From: Leucoraja ocellata
Lineage: Eukaryota
Assembly (NCBI GenBank): GCA_036785375.1
Contig: JAWMAR010000731.1
Location: forward strand, 1-64,000
Direction of reading: 5' to 3'
DNA length: 64,000 bases
The position numbers and the translations under genes were made by a program. Below the pieces are notes generated by a model. It was given only the letters and a program-made list of their open reading frames with translations, was not told the DNA's origin and searched no databases. Positions 12,161 through 25,200 of this stretch are shown here, piece after piece. The first letter of the stretch is position 1; every line of letters starts with the position of its first letter.

Positions 12161-12849
12161 CTTGTACCCAGTGCAACACTCTCTGGTGCTTTCCCTGAGT
12201 CTGTACAAAAGGTCTAATCACTATCATTCACTCTGCGCTTTTACCTAGAATCCAACTCTCTGAATGCATCTCTGTGTTTCTCTGTTCTTCATCAGCTCTT
12301 GATGTGAATTCTAAACATACACCATGTACCCAACTCTGTGCCAGAGGATCTGAATCTATACCCAACAATACTAACCCTGGTGCACCGAGCTGCATCATTA
12401 TGGCGGAGGCCATTTAACCCACTGAGTACATGCTATCTGTCTGTAGAACAATCCGACCAGTCCTGTTCACATACCCTATTCTCATTGTCCCTGCAAGTTC
12501 TTTTCCCCTGAGTGGCTTTCCTCATTTCATCTCTGACACCAACATTGGATTCCTCGTGGCTATCTCTTGTCAAGTAAGAAAGGTCATCTATACGTTCTCA
12601 GAAGTCTCTTGCCTAAAACCGTAACCAGTGTCTTCTGGCCCTTGTTGTTTCAATTTACAGCGTTTCTTTGCAACATCCATCACATTCTTCCGCACCTGTC
12701 AAACATCTCCTCAACCTCCTATTTCTACAAAGGAAAATTGGAGCGAACTGGATGCAACACATTTCTCATCAAAACAGCCGGGTCCTTCTTGGAAAATAAA
12801 CAACGAGTCTCTTCATAGATGCCCATTGTGGTGGACTACAGGGCAGCCA

Positions 12850-13870
12850 AAAGTAGCGGAATCCTTTACGTTTCTTTACGCTGTGAGTTGACAGGTTGCC
12901 CGTGAGCCAGGATCCTTGATAAGTTCAACGCTGCTTTACCTGTGGCAGTGGTCCTATTCACATTAATGTTTTGTACTCATGCTGATGGTGAAAATAGAGT
13001 AGACTAGCTAGTGGCTGGATGGAATACTTCAAAGACCTCCTTATCTAAAATTCCCACCTTGTAGCAACGTATCGAGGCTAGGCAATGCAATTCCCGATGG
13101 ACACAAAGTCACGAGGGCTACATCCCAACGAAATAAAAATGACAAGACCATGGCAGCAGGCAGTATTCCCCATGAAATCCTAAAACCCAATGGTTATGAG
13201 CTGTGAAACCACAATCTCATTGTCTGCATCTGGGAAGAGGAGGGAATACGAAGATGATGCCATAATAATCATCATTCGAGAAAGAAGGCAAGTCTGGCTA
13301 TGGTAACTAGAAAGAGGCCTATGTACCTATAAAACAGGGAAGAACACAGAGGGTTTTCCTCATCTGCTGCCCATCAGTGGCTGAAGAGCTCGCTCCCATA
13401 AATTGAAATCCATCCATTCAGACACACATTGGACATGAAAACTCTCAGAAACATTCAGATAACTGCATTAGCCATTATTACTGCCCTTCCTTGACCTCAT
13501 TACTGCCATCAACTGCATCACACAGGCAGGATTACAGAGGCCTCTCCTTAAGTTCACGTCCACGTTGTTTTTGCTACAAGATGACGTGCAAACTATAATA
13601 AGAACCAACAGATATGCAACAGAACCATTCCCAGTGAAGACCAATGACAAACGAACTTCCTTAATCTTATTTCAATCTTTCTCGCTGTAAAGTTGCACTT
13701 CGTTTTCAACAAAGCTTCCCATAGGAATGGAGCTAATCTTCAGTATTAAATGGGAACTGTTCAGCCTGGACGAAGGTCACCTCCGTATTAGCAGTCAAGC
13801 TGCAATTTGCAGGCCACTCTTACAAGCACAAATGTATCAGCGACTCCCTCACTAGGCGTTACATACAATC
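12850..13870 (+). mobile_element. Old RTE-clade LINE fragment
   Basis: Decayed similarity to the RTE RT motifs IWEEE..DA.I..I.KKG.KS..GN near 13220-13310. Confidence 0.5.
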
Positions 13871-13899
13871 TTGGCAAGACTAACAAACTCCCCTTGCTG

Positions 13900-14170
13900 C
13901 ACCACACTGCCCTCCAAACTGAGACTGAGTCTGTGCCCAGAACACATACTGCCACAGTTTTCCTGAGTCCATACCCAGTATCCACACTACAACAGTGTTA
14001 CTGAGCCTTTGCCCTTCACTCACTCCAACAGTGTTACTGAATCTGTGGCTTATGCCCAAACTCTAGCAGTATTCCAGTCTGTGCCCACACTTTCACTCAC
14101 CATTCTTGTTATTGTGCATTTCCCTATTCTCCCACAGTGTTACCTAGTCTGTGCCCCATTCTACATTCTC
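13900..14170. repeat. Degenerate minisatellite (CAGTGTTACTGAGTCTGTGCCC-like unit, about 40 bp)
   Basis: CAGTGTTAC and GTCTGTGCCC recur several times. Confidence 0.5.
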
Positions 14171-14889
14171 CAATGCTGACTGTAAGGACAATGACTCACC
14201 TCCTGTCTTTGCATCTGGTAAATTCATGATCTGTTGTTCCCAACTGCTGAGTCAGAAGTTGATGGTGACTATGCTCTCCTAAAACACTCTAGGGAGTTGA
14301 TCATTCATCTCCAATAGATGTTCTGCCTATATTTAATCAGCTGCCATTCTGTTCTTACTGGTTGTATTTCAGAAAGTGATCCGATATCAGACCCTTTCGT
14401 GATTGCCAAAGGGCATTCAATGCATAGTGGGGCAACTATGCTGTGCAATGTCTCGGCTACGGTTGCAGTAACAAGGGGTCTCTCCACAGGCCACAGACTG
14501 GGGCCAACTCACTGGGTTTCGACTCATGGACCTCTGCACATATTTCCCTCCACCACACACACAGCTACTGCAGAATGGGTGAGGACATCTCACACCTCCT
14601 GCATCCTCTTGCCCACATTTGATGTCAGATTGTTCTTTTTGTTTGCAAGAGTGGACGAGGGAACCTCCTCCTCATTGTCACTAACTACCCTGCCCTTTCC
14701 TCAGCTGGTGAATCTGTTCTCCTCCAACAACACTTGGAAGAAGAGCTGACAGAACCAAGGACACAGAATGTACAGTGGGTGGGGACTTCATTGTCCACCA
14801 CAAAGTGTGACCTGAGGGCTCGCCCACAGAATGAGCAGGGCGGGCCATGATGGACAAACCATGTCTGTGGCAGATAGTAGGTGCCCAAC

Positions 14890-15170
14890 AAGGTCATGGG
14901 TTGAAGATAAAGGGGAAAAGATTTAATAGGAATCAATAAGGAAGGGATGGTGGATGTATGGAACAAGCTGCCAGAGGAGTTAGTTGAGGGAGGAACTATC
15001 CCAACATTTATGGAACAGTTAGACAGATACATGGTTAGGACAGGTTTGGAGGGACCTGGATCAAATATGGGCAAGTGGGACTGGTGTAGCTGGGACATGT
15101 TGGCCAGTGTGGGCAAGTTGGGCCGAATGGCCTGTTTCCACACTGTATTCCTCTATGACTATGATTCAAT
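14890..15170 (+). mobile_element. CR1/HER1-like 3' end
   Basis: VWNKLPEELVE...LDRYM and a (CTATGA)n tail. Confidence 0.85.
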
Positions 15171-17055
15171 TACTCTTTAACAAAGGACAACCCACATAAC
15201 CTTCCTTCACCAATCTACCTATGGTTGATGCTTCTGTGCATGATGACATTGTCCTTGGTGGAAAAAAAAGTCCCCTCTACATACCATGAACATCGGTGCA
15301 TCATTGGGAGCTCTGGTGTTATTGATGTCCATGGGTAACAAGGGAAATGCACTCCACTGGTTAGAGTGGTGATATTTACTGATAATTACAAAGTGCTCAA
15401 TACCATTTACAAATTCTCTGTATATAAATAGTTCATGGGAAATGCAGCAGTTTCAACATTCACACACCTGGCACCACTTTACTTGGAATGTATCATCATC
15501 CCTCATGGGCACTGGATCAGTCTGTGAGATCTCCACTCAAAATATCTATGGGAATAGTTTCAACACAGACTGAAGCAGTTCAAAAGAATATCTGGCCATC
15601 ATCTTCTTGAGAGCAAATGCGATTAGACAATAAACTTTGGTCTTAGCATTGATATCCACTTTCCAGTCGAAAGTACAACAATATGTAACACGTTGCTGGC
15701 AATTAATGTACAATATAGCAACGAATCGAACAATGGCCGTATAATGTGACAATCTGTACACTCAACAAACACATCCTAATGACAATCTCATTATTAGCAA
15801 AAATGTCTTTGATTTTGTGGGAGGGGAAAAATTCCCAGAGTCTGTGAAAAAAATCAAAGCAGAGATTGCCAGCTGTTTCTGGTCTATTTGATACACAAGG
15901 GGGGTGGTTTAATATGGAACCATATCTGCAAGCTACACTCCTGCAATATGGGTCTTTCTATGCAGCAGAATCCATGACTGTTCGAGCTCCAGTGTGGAGA
16001 TAGAGCAAGCGTCTGTGTCCTCCCGTTTCCAGCTGGACGTGAGGTTTCTGCACAATTTGGAGGATTTCTTGATCTAACCTTATCTCAGGTTGATCGGGTC
16101 TAAGTGCCAGATATTCTTTGAGGAATCTTTACATGGAGGTTTACCATTGCCCATTTTGCAAATGAATGTCATGGGAAGAGTAGTTGAGAATTAAGTTCAT
16201 TTTTACTTCAACACACCAGGGCCCATTAAAACCTGAGGCAGTTATTTTTCCAAAAAGTCAATTTAAAACGGAAGTCAATATTTGAATTGAAATTCTTTGG
16301 ATTGTTAGCCCAAGTGGAGTGAAGAGTATAATGATTAGACTTGTTTGAATGACTGTGAAGTCCTTGTAAACACCCATCAGTCACTTTTAACTGCCTCTTG
16401 AAGTGATCCAACAAGCCAGTGCTTCAAGAATGTCACTCGCCAACACTTGCTCAGAACTACTGTCAGGCTAGAAATGCAACTTTGTCAGCGATGCCTACAT
16501 TCTGGCAGTAAATTAAAAACAGATTAATGAGGGATAAAGTTTAAAACAGTCCATCAGAACAAAAAAAACAGGTAAAGATATCAAGACCATTCAAGATATG
16601 CAATTCATTGACAAGCTGGTAGATTGATAATTCTACCATCTTGAGTCAGAGGATAATGAAACTGGGTAATTATCGAAAAGCAGAATGAAGGGAAGTGGCA
16701 ACCGAAAGTGCCTTCAAATGCCACATGTTAACCTGCTGAGTGTTTCCAGCGTTTTCAATTTTTTTTCATTTCAGATTTTCGTGTTTAGATGAAGGAAAGG
16801 GATACCGGGGTGAAAGCACGGGAAGGTAAATTACAATAGTCCAAGAAATGAAGAGGATGTGAAATACCAATAAGGTCAAAATACCTTCAATGTATGAACT
16901 CCTCTCAGCTAATGATTTTGCCATGAGTCAGAAAAACTGGGTACAAACTGAAATGGAATGCCCGCCGCAGGTTTGCAGAAGTCTCCCGCTCAGTAATCAG
17001 GGAATGATATCGGCTCTTGTGGCCTGCGGAAGTCGTAAATAGCAGAGTAAATTAC

Positions 17056-17271
17056 CTGTAGAGTGTTGACTGGGAAGGATGGAATGGGTGGAAAGTCCAT
17101 GATCTGCAGGTCGTGCACATGCTCGTTCATGACCACCGCAGGCAGGTAGATGTGCCGTGCCTTTGTCGGCATGTAGCGGTCACTGTAATCGTTGTAGAGG
17201 AACTGGTGCACAATTGCTGATTTCCCAACCCCTTGCGCTCCAAGGATTGCTATTTTGAAAGTTGTCACCAT
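17056..17271 (-). CDS. RASL10B: Ras-like protein family member 10B, first coding exon (72 codons)
   Basis: [72 protein letters not shown] has P-loop GAQGVGKS and the RASL10B-type DFPP...FPVNTLQ. Strong Kozak GGCATGG; phase-0 donor CAG|GTAATT at 17055; located next to AP2B1. Confidence 0.95.
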
Positions 17272-17379
17272 GCCGTTGTAGGACACTTGGTGCAGATGGG
17301 CTGAGGTCACGCATATTCCAGGGGCTGCCAGTCAGATCCTCCCGAGAACCATGGTCACATAGTTCCAGTTGGCCGGCTT
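17272..17379 (-). other. RASL10B: 5' UTR portion of the RASL10B start-codon exon
   Basis: Acceptor CCTCTCTTTCTTGTTGCAG| immediately upstream of 17379. Confidence 0.75.
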
Positions 17380-17919
17380 CTGCAACAAGAAAGAGAGGCC
17401 ATTAAACACACACCCACACACGCACACATATTAAATGTGCTCCACAGTGGTTATGTCCATGAAAATAATTTGCAAAATAAATTGCAATGATTGCTTGCTT
17501 GTCACAGATCGAGAGGGTGTGGATTGAGACCAGGTGATTATGGGCTGATGGTTGGCGATAGTTAGTGGCAGATTGACAGATATTAACAACATCAATGGAT
17601 GGGGGTCAGTGCAGAAACTGGACCAGTCATGTTGTTATGGACCGGTGGAGCAATCACAAGGGGCTTCCATTACTCATGTAGAGGATAAAGGTAGTTGCTA
17701 GAATCCAGCAAATTTAACCGGCAATAGGGATAATTCCAGAATAAATAACCTGGGACAGAATTAGCAGAAGGAGGTCGTTTGCTGCCCGATCAATTCTCAC
17801 CAGGTCTATAGACCTACGGGTCACGGTATTTACGGTATACATCCAGGTGGAATTTAATTTTGATGAAGGCTCTGGACTCTTAGCATTCAGGCGACGAGTA
17901 AAAAATCCTTCTATGATCT

Positions 17920-18167
17920 TAGAAACATAGAAACATAGAAAATGGTGCAGGAGGAGGCCATTCGGCCCTTTGAGCCAGCACCGGCATTCATTGTGATCAT
18001 GGCTGATCATCCCCTATCAATAACCCGTGCCTGCCTTCTCCCCATATCCCTTGACTCCACTAGCCCCTAGAGCTCTATCTTACTCTCTCTTAAATCCATC
18101 CAGTGACTTGGCCTCCACTGCCCCCTGCGGCAGGGAATTCCATAAATTCACAACTCTCTGGGTGAAA
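17920..18167 (-). mobile_element. Young CR1-like 3' end
   Basis: Near-identical to 30592-30830, 32293-32523 and 49292-49506. Confidence 0.85.
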
Positions 18168-18549
18168 TTTTTTTGTTGTTGTTTTTTTTTTGTTGCCTCA
18201 AATCTTTCCACCAATTACTTTAAATCAACGGCCCTATTTTGAGCCCCTCTGCTGAAGGGAATAGTGTCTTCCTCTTAACTATATCTAGGCCCCTCGTAAT
18301 ATTATTCCGTTTTACTAACATAATTTCCTCTGTTTCAAAAGAAAACATTCCCAGATTACCCAATCCTCCCTCTCAACTACAAACTTGTAATCATGGCAAC
18401 ATCCTGGTAAATCTCCATTCCTTCATCTCTATTCCAATCCTGCAAGAATAGTTTTCTATGGAGCATCCGAGGCTGAAGAGCGGCATGGACAGGATAGATA
18501 GTTGAAGTGTTTCTCACAAGATGGAAATGTCAAATACTAGATTGACACA

Positions 18550-19050
18550 TGAGGAAGTGCAGATGCTGGAACCTTGAGCAAATCACAAAGTGCTGGAGTA
18601 ACTTAGTGGGTCAGGTATAATCTGTGAAGGGAATGAACAGGTGATGTTTCGGGTCAGAACTTTTTACAGACTGATAGCAGTAGGGGGAAGACAGCTGGTA
18701 AAGAGAGGTGGGGGGGAGGGGTGGGGGGGAGGACAAAGTCTGGCAAGTGATAAATAGAGATAGGCACAAAATGCTGGAGTAACTCAGCGGGTCAGGCAAC
18801 ATCTCTGGAGAAAAGGAACTGGTGACGTTTCGGGTTGAAACCCTTCTTCAGATAAATGTATACAGGTGACGTGGGCTTGACTGGCAGATGGGGGGGAATT
18901 GTGACAAAGGCTAGAGATGAAAAGGAGACAAAATGGTGTTAGGCAAAGAGGAGTGAAATGTGAAGTCAGAGGGAAGGACATAGTGGAAAGGGATGGGGAG
19001 GGGATAATGGGTGCATACTGGGGTGGGGGAACACAAGAAAGGGAGAGGGA
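18550..19050 (-). mobile_element. Tandem Penelope-like terminal repeats
   Basis: Two units; the second has an intact core CTGAAGAAGGGTTTCAACCCGAAACGTC (18821-18851). Confidence 0.65.
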
Positions 19051-19249
19051 GTGGAGGGGTATTAGGTGTGGTAGGTGCCTACAATGTTTAACAGGCATTT
19101 AGACAAGCACATGAGTAGGTTGAGAATTAAGGGATATAGACCACATGCACGTATAAGTGCAATTTAAATCAGCATAGTCTGTACAGATGTCACGGGCAGA
19201 AGGGCCTGTTTTTATGCTGGACTATTCTATGGATATGTTCGATGTAATA

Positions 19250-20700
19250 AGGTGACGAGAACTGAACACAGTAATCAAACTATGATGCTGCTAACATTGT
19301 ACACTGTTCCAACAAATATGGTTCTACTCTTTTATTCTGCACCTGAGCTTAATGAAAGAAAAGCGTCCATGTAGCCTTTTTAATCACAGTGTTGACCTTT
19401 CTCGCTTGTTTGAAGGATCTATGAATGAACAGTGCATCACCACTCTTATCCTCCACCCCACATATACATGCATTCTGGCATTATTGTAATTACCTGTCTA
19501 GCTGACCAGACCACATACATCTCTCTACAACATTCCTAACACTAAAAAGCGCACGAGTAATTCTTGTACGATCAGCAAAGGTCTCTATCATGACCTATAG
19601 ATTGAAGTCTAATTCATTAATATATCTTACCACAGCAAGGGACCAAATACTGAACCTTGTGAAACCCCATTGATAGCAGTTTCACTGTCACAAAATAAAC
19701 ACGCATCAATTGTTACCTTTTGCTTCCGACTGCTGGGCTAATTTTGGATTCTATTTGCCGCTCTCCCTTGGATCCCATTTTTGCCCAGTCTGTCATGTAG
19801 GATCTTGCTCTAATTCATATAGCTTACATCAAAGGCACCAATCTCTATTACCTCATAAAAAATTCAATCACGTTAGTCAGACATGACCTTCCATTAACAA
19901 ATCTATGCTGACTGTACCTAATTTACCTGTACCTTTCTGAGTGAAGATTTATAGCCTTCCTTAGAGTGGATTTGAATAAGTTACATCCGACTAAAATTAG
20001 ACAAACTAACTTGGTTTAGCCCTTCTCTCCTTTAAGAGCCTGTCCCACTTGGCGATTTTTTTCGACGACTGCCGGCGTCATTTCAGTGTCGCCAAAAGAT
20101 TTTGAACATTTCAAAACCCAGCGGCGATAAAAAAAATGTCGCGACACTTGAAAAAACACCGCGTGTCAATACGTCATTACGCCCCGTCACCGCCGCATCA
20201 CACCGCAACACGCCGCAAATTTTTCGGTAACCTGATGCGTCAGTCAATGATGCCGGCAATCGCCGAAAAAATCATCAAGGGGGACAGGACCTTTATGCTT
20301 TACCATCTGTGAGGCAACTCAATCCTTCCTTATGCACAGAGACCAGAACTACATTGTCAAAGCATCAGATATTCCAAGTTACCAACTCAACGTGGACTCC
20401 ATGTGACCTAATCTGGAGCAGCCTATCATGGGGGGCTTTGTCAAATGTTTGACTAAAGTCCATATAAACACCATCCACTGCCGTACCCTCTTTAAATCAT
20501 TTTTGTTATCACATCAAAATACTCAATCAAGTTTGTGAGACATGACCTCCCCTGCATAAAGCTATGCTCACTGTCCCGAACAAGTCTACATTTGTTCAAA
20601 TGTAAATAAATCCTATCCTGGGAATTTTCTTCAATAATTTACCTAACACTGTTGTAATGCTCAGTGGAATATCAATTTCTTGGATTATCCTGATTTTCAC
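19250..20700 (-). mobile_element. Decayed CR1 RT fragments (interrupted by a MITE)
   Basis: Recognisable RT-region remnants (TCAAGTTTGTGAGACATGACCTCCCC; GGGACCAAATACTGAACCTTG = GSVFGP). Confidence 0.55.
20035..20292. mobile_element. PIF/Harbinger-type MITE
   Basis: TIRs AGAGCCTGTCCCACTT / AAGGGGGACAGGACCT; TTA TSD at 20032-34 and 20293-95; CpG-rich palindromic interior. Confidence 0.8.
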
Positions 20701-20755
20701 TGAACCCTGTAAGTGAAGCATATTTAGCTTTGGGTAAAGAGACCAGTATCGTGCT

Positions 20756-20893
20756 NNNNNNNNNNNNNNNNNNNNNNNNNNNNNNNNNNNNNNNNNNNNN
20801 NNNNNNNNNNNNNNNNNNNNNNNNNNNNNNNNNNNNNNNNNNNNNNNNNNNNNNNNNNNNNNNNNNNNNNNNNNNNNNNNNNNNNNNNNNNNN
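20756..20893. other. Assembly gap (138 N)
   Basis: Run of N. Confidence 1.
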
Positions 20894-22504
20894 TTTGTTT
20901 TATGAACTAAAAATCTGTGATAAAAATTGTTATAACCTTCATGTTCAAAGATTCCAAGGTCTTTGAAATCTTTTAGAAATTGTTTTATTTTTCATTTACC
21001 TGCATTAAATTCCATCTGGCACTATCTGCTCACTGAGTTCACTGATCCATTTCAATTTGCAGTCCCTTGCTAAAAACCTTTTTCTTCCCCAACCAGCAAA
21101 CCCTCCCTCCCTCCCAATCCTTCCGCCACAATAAGGCGCTACTGATAATCAGCTTGGCAAGTGGCAGAAAACATCACTTACTAAAATCTGATTTGGTATC
21201 CGCTGACAGACTGCAGATACAATCTGGATAGCTGCCAGCAAATGTTAAGCCAATAATTTAGTCAGGGATATAATTTGATGAACACAAACCACCGTGGTTC
21301 ATGATATATCAGTTAATTCTTTGATTGGATTACTTCTTTGCAAATCATCAGTCACCTTATAACCACAAATAGACCTTGTGTTCTGTGTATTTCTTAAGCA
21401 TTATGTTGAAAAAAACATATCACAACCTTCCAGCAAGCTTGTAACATGTACTGCGAATCTGTCGGTTCAAAGATGTTGATAGAATGATGCACGGGGTCAC
21501 TGTTTGAAGTATGTTTTTATCTGTGTAGTTTAACTTTTATTGGATTTTGGGCTATCCTGATCAGAAACAGGGGAACTGAGAATTAGCACAATTCTGCTGT
21601 TCTGCTTCCAGTCACAATATTAAAAATAAAAGTCTGCATCCACCTTCATGAAACTTGCCTGTTGTTGATTTTGTCAACTGTTTGGCATGCTGTACTTTCA
21701 CTACGTAATATGATCGCCTGGAAATGGTTCAGAAGGCTTGATCAACATAAGTAGAAATGGATGGGCCGATCCTGTTGCTCAGAATCACAGCCCTCTTTGA
21801 TCAGGGGGACAACAGCCATGGTGGTAATGGGGAAATTGTCAGGGAAGTCCACAGCGACCTCCTAACTGCAAGAATTGGAAGGCCTGGGGAGGAAGACTAG
21901 GATCAATGATCATTTCTAAATATTCTCCACTCAGGTTAAACTGACTGGCCTCTCAATACCAATTTGAGCTTCTGCATCTTTCTGAGTCGAAGTGTGAAGT
22001 TCTTCATCCAGTCAGATCCCTGTCACCCCTCTATTTACACTTTCTCTACGGGGGTGTCCAGAACGAGAGGGTCTCAAGTTATAGGGGAAGGGAGTTCAGA
22101 GAATTCCCTTCACCTGGAGGGTGTTGACCCTGTGGAATTCACGCAATGCAGTCATGGACAAGGGGATAGCAAAAGGGATAGAAACATTTCTAGGCAAAAA
22201 AGGTACCAAGGGGAATGGGGGAGTATGTGGGAATGTGGTATCGAGATAACTGATCAGGCATGATTGTATTGAATGGCAGAGCAGTCTCAGAGAATGAAGA
22301 AAACTAGCTTTGTTCCTATATTTCTGTTATATTTAGTATCTCATTCTAGCTGTGGATGGGAGGCACCAACAAAGCTTGGACTTACCTCTCCAGATCAGTG
22401 TACTCTTGCCCCAGTGAGGAAGGAACTGTTGAATGCTACGTAAGGGAACACTTGGGGAATAGCAAGCATCATATCATAATATGTAACTTACTGATGGATT
22501 GTGA

Positions 22505-22880
22505 CACAGAACTGCAGGATAGACACAAAGAGCTGGAGTAACTCAACGGGTCAGGCAGCATCCCTGGAGAAAAAGAATGGGTGATGTTTTGGGTCGGGAC
22601 CCTTCTTCAGACTGAAAGTATAGGGGAGACAATAGACAACAGGTGCAAGAGTAGGTCATGTCTCTTTGAGCCAGCACGGCTGCTTTGAAGAGAAGAACTG
22701 CTTCGATCTGGCCTTTTCTTACCTTCAGTTCACTCCCCTGTACGTTTAATCTAAAGAAGGGTCTCAATCCAAAATGTCACCCATCCTTTCTCTTCAGAGA
22801 TGCTGCCTGACTCGCTAAGTTACTCCAGCACTTTGTGTCTATCTTAGATATATAACAGCATCTACATTTCCTTTCTACGC
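22505..22880. mobile_element. Inverted pair of Penelope-like terminal repeats
   Basis: 22520-22614 (-) and 22750-22845 (+) are reverse complements of each other. Confidence 0.65.
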
Positions 22881-23687
22881 AGAACTGCAGGAGGGCAGCA
22901 TGTGAAATGATATCTGTTGTCATATGGAGATTGACTCCACAGCATCTAATCCAGGTAAACGGAAATGAAAGGTGGGCAGGCAACAATGAGTCTGGCCACA
23001 TTTAATGAGGTGATGGCATGGGAGAGGTATGGCCATAAGGTGGGCCAAGCAGAAGAGTTCGTAGGATGGCAAGAGAGAGAGAGAGAGTAAAGTGAATCAG
23101 GGAAAGCAGGCGGTTGATGCAAATAACATTTATTGTTACAAATGAGACCCGGTTAAATATAAAGGCTCTGAAAGGAAGTAAAAAATGAGATAACAAGCGT
23201 GAAGCCAGCAAATGAGAATAGACATTCAGCTATCGTGAGTCAAATGGTTGATCAGCCTGACTCAGTTATGTGACGAGTTGAACAGGAGGTGATGAGAGTT
23301 TGTGGCATTGTCATGATTATGGATGTGCAATAGAGGCAGATTAACAACATAGAATTCCATGGAATAAAATTGTCAGCGGCAAAATAGATTCTAAATTGGC
23401 TTAGATTCAGAAAGCAGAGAGTAGATGTGTAACTAAGGTCCATGCAAGTGCCTCGGGCTATATCATTGATTAGCAGGAAGTGAGAGATGTCAAAAGAGAA
23501 GTTGTTCAGGGTAAGAAGAAGTAGAGCCAGGTACATGAGCGTTCTTGAAAAGCAAGGACATTTCAGATGTCCAGAAACACCTTTTGTAGCGACCTCATCA
23601 TCTACAACTCCCTGATCTGCCCATCTCTCCCCAATCATCCCTCCCTACAACTGTCCTCTGCAAACACAGGATGTGGAACACTTCGTA

Positions 23688-24240
23688 AGAATTAGGCCAT
23701 TCGGCCCAATCAAGTCTACTCCACCATTCAATCATGGCTGATCTATCAAGAATCTATCTATCTCTGCCTTAAATATATCCACTGACTTGGCCTCCTCAGC
23801 CTTCTGTAGCAAAGAGTTCCACAGATTCACCACCATCTGACTAAAGAAATTCTTCCTCATCTCCTTCCTAAAATAATGTCCTTTAATTCTGAGGCTATGA
23901 CCTCTAGTACTAGACTCTCCTACTGGTGGAAACATCATTTCCATATCCACTCTATCCAAGCCTTTCACTATTCTGTACATTTCAATGAGGTCCCCCCTCC
24001 AACGAGTACAGACCCAGTGTGTCAAATGCTCATCATATGTTAACCTACTCATACCTCGGATCATTCTTGTAAACCTCTGCACCCTTTCCAGATATGGTGC
24101 CCAAAATTGCTCACATATTCCAATTGTGGCCTGACAAGTGCCTCAGTATATGCCCTCTCGAAATAAATGCTAACATTACAATTTGATTTCTTTACTATTG
24201 GTTCAACTTGCAGATTAACTTTTTGAGAATCCTGCACCAG
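23688..24240 (-). mobile_element. CR1 ORF2 3' fragment
   Basis: ORF 23732-24082: QRFTRMI...RGDLIEMYRIVKGLDRVD...TRGHSLRI...FFSQMVVNLWNSL. Confidence 0.9.
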
Positions 24241-24319
24241 TAATTTCTGCTTTCTCTACACAACCTGGCCTTCCACCTATTTCTGTATCATTCACCCCTA
24301 TCCCTCCTTCCTCACCACC

Positions 24320-25200
24320 ATTGAGGGACCTAAACCTCCTTTCCAGGTGAGGCAAAGTGTGCACCTCCTCCTACCTCATCGGCTGCATATGATGCTCCTG
24401 ACATGGCCTCCTTTATTTCAGCGAAACCATTTGTTGACTAGGCAACCAATTTGCAGTGCACCTGTCATCCCCAAGCCATCCATGCCATGCCATCCCCTAG
24501 CTCCTGATTACATGTCATTTCCACTCCTCTTCCCATTTCCACACAGACCTGGCCATCTTCAACATTCCCCACTGCTGGAGTGTCCCCCTTTGCAAACTAG
24601 AGAAGCAGCGTCTCAAATTCTGCCTGGGCAGTGTACAACTGTCTGGTTTGAAGATTGCTTTTTCCAATTTCACACACCACCCCATTCCATTCATCTTCTG
24701 CTTGCACTTTTCCCCACAGTTTTCCCTCTGGCCCATCTAATTCTGCTTCAATTTGCCCTTCATCTTTGTCCTTAAATGGTTCCTATTATCATCTTCCTTA
24801 CTTATCAGTTTCCAGCACCAGCAGCCTTTGTGTTTGAGCTTATCACCCTTCACCTTCACCCTCCCCTTCCCCCATCTGACTCCATCTGCTATTTTCTTTG
24901 ACTGCCTCCATCGACCATCCACCTGCCTTTGTTTCACAACTCCACTCCGTCCCCTCACCTATCTGCATCATTTACCTACCATCTTCCATCCCTCCTCAGT
25001 TTATTAATCCACTTCTGGTCCCTCCATCTCTTCTCTTTATGCTGGTTCTCTTCCCTCACCACTCTGTCCTGCTCTCGGGTTTCAACCCAAAGCATCAACA
25101 ATTCCATCGCAACCCCCTCGCCAACGGATGCCGCTAGTTTCCTCCAACAGATTGTTTATTACTCCAGATTGTAGAATTTGCAGTTTCTTGTATCTCCATT
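24320..25200 (+). mobile_element. Old Penelope-like element (GIY-YIG remnant plus terminal repeat)
   Basis: GGACCTAAAC..TTCCAGGTGAGGCA and AAACTAGAGAAGCAGCGTCTCAAATTCTGCCTGGGCAG (KLEKQRLKFCLG), then a decayed terminal repeat. Confidence 0.6.

Noticed and set aside
16990-17310. Track ORF of 106 aa as a complete protein
   Set aside because: It starts at a GTG in the UTR and reads through the splice donor; the real coding part is 17056-17271.
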